32,266 nucleotides of DNA. It comes from Clostridiales bacterium. GTDB taxonomy: Bacteria > Bacillota > Clostridia > Christensenellales > JAISNN01. Position 1 is the stretch's first letter, and the number at the start of each line of letters is the position of its first letter. A program made the position numbers and the translations under genes. The notes beneath the pieces were generated by a model that saw only the letters and a list, made by a program, of their open reading frames with translations, made no database searches and had not been told where the DNA came from. Below, piece after piece: positions 31,316-32,266 of the stretch. The DNA lies in contig JAISQX010000058.1 of NCBI GenBank assembly GCA_031273965.1, positions 1-32,266 of the forward strand, read 5' to 3'.

Positions 31316-32266
31316 ATGCAATTTTTGTTTGATTCGAGAAACGTCGTATACAAAAACCCTTTTGGGGCGGTGCGCGTAAATCAGCCCGTGGACTTCTTGT
31401 TTCCGTTAAAATATGACGGAGCGGTTTACGGAATAAGTCTGATTGTAAAAAAATATACGGGCGAAGTCGTAAACATACCGATGCTTCCAAAGGAATATAC
31501 GAACGGGTTCGGCGGATATTCGACTCAACTAATCCTCTCGGAAGAGGGGATTTATTTTTATTGCTTCGAGGTCTACACGACGGACGGAAACTTCTCCGTA
31601 GGAAGAGGTAAAGGCGGCGAAGCCGTGGCGGGAAGCGGTAAGGATTGGCAGCTTACCGTGTATGACGGTTATCCGAACGCCGCGCATCCGTTGCACGGCG
31701 GCGTAATTTATCATATTTTTGCCGACAGATTTCGCAAAGGCGAGACGGATAGAAAACCTGACAAGAAGTACCGCATGAAGGATTGGAACGAGCTTCCGGA
31801 GGTTGAGGATCCGGACGGCGTATTTCGCGCCGATGATTTTTTTGGAGGAAATGCGGAAGGAATAATCGAAAAACTTGATTATATAAAGAGTTTGGGCGTA
31901 AACGCCATATATCTTTCGCCGATATTTGAATCCTCTTCAAATCATCGTTATGACACGGGGGATTATTTTAAGATAGACGGGCTTTTTGCCGACGAGGATA
32001 CTTTTAAAAAATTGATAGAAGAATCGAAAAAGCGCGGGATTATCATAATAATAGACGGCGTTTTTAATCACACCGGCGCCGACAGCAAATATTTTAATAA
32101 GAATGGACGCTATCCCTCTCTCGGAGCGTATCAGAGCAGGGATTCGGAGTATTACGATTGGTTTAACTTTAAAAAATTTCCCGATAAATACGATTGTTGG
32201 TGGGGAATAGAAGTCGTGCCGACCTTGAATAAGTCAAATCCAAAGGTAAGTCAGTTTATCAGAGAC
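31316..32266 (+). CDS. GH13 alpha-glycosidase (neopullulanase/cyclomaltodextrinase-like), 5' part, running off the window
   Basis: My own translation gives 317 codons without a stop, from the ATG at 31316 to the window end. It contains [34 protein letters not shown] (GH13 region I) and [12 protein letters not shown]. It is missing from the ORF track because there is no stop in the window. Confidence 0.85.
   Translation, partial: MQFLFDSRNVVYKNPFGAVRVNQPVDFLFPLKYDGAVYGISLIVKKYTGEVVNIPMLPKEYTNGFGGYSTQLILSEEGIYFYCFEVYTTDGNFSVGRGKGGEAVAGSGKDWQLTVYDGYPNAAHPLHGGVIYHIFADRFRKGETDRKPDKKYRMKDWNELPEVEDPDGVFRADDFFGGNAEGIIEKLDYIKSLGVNAIYLSPIFESSSNHRYDTGDYFKIDGLFADEDTFKKLIEESKKRGIIIIIDGVFNHTGADSKYFNKNGRYPSLGAYQSRDSEYYDWFNFKKFPDKYDCWWGIEVVPTLNKSNPKVSQFIRD

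Overview
This is a 32.3-kb chromosomal window from a moderate-GC Firmicutes (Clostridia-like) genome, coded almost entirely on the + strand. Gene order: fusA 3' end, then tuf; a convergent 45-aa zinc-ribbon ORF below the ORF-track cutoff; a two-TM membrane protein; an LRR-like lipoprotein; recF with its own consensus promoter (apparently leaderless). Next comes an operon of a Gly-rich/zinc-ribbon/TM protein, maf, a divergent mreB paralogue and a trypsin-like lipoprotein protease. Then a divergent sugar pair (GPH-family symporter on the - strand, DUF5054/GH38-like hydrolase on +), a ClC channel, a DUF45 metallopeptidase, marR and a vanW-family gene. After a 1.8-kb non-coding tract lies a 6.5-kb gene for a 2173-aa modular surface protein, followed by secG, rnr, a GLUG-repeat surface protein, and the first 951 nt of a GH13 alpha-glycosidase that runs off the window (absent from the ORF track). 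I recognised no rRNA, tRNA, CRISPR array, transposase, integrase or defence/toxin genes. The most unusual part is 18.5-20.3 kb. Two colinear modules (identical 18-mer, hairpin with conserved arms, consensus promoter) sit about 1030 bp apart. The upstream module points into about 0.87 kb of purine-rich, ORF-less DNA that contains three tandem 71-bp repeats. The downstream module points into a ~400-nt leader of the giant adhesin-like gene. Functional readings of this tract (long ncRNA, protein sponge, regulatory leader) are hypotheses, not demonstrated. The rest is ordinary housekeeping and cell-envelope DNA with strong sigma-A promoters and intrinsic terminators.
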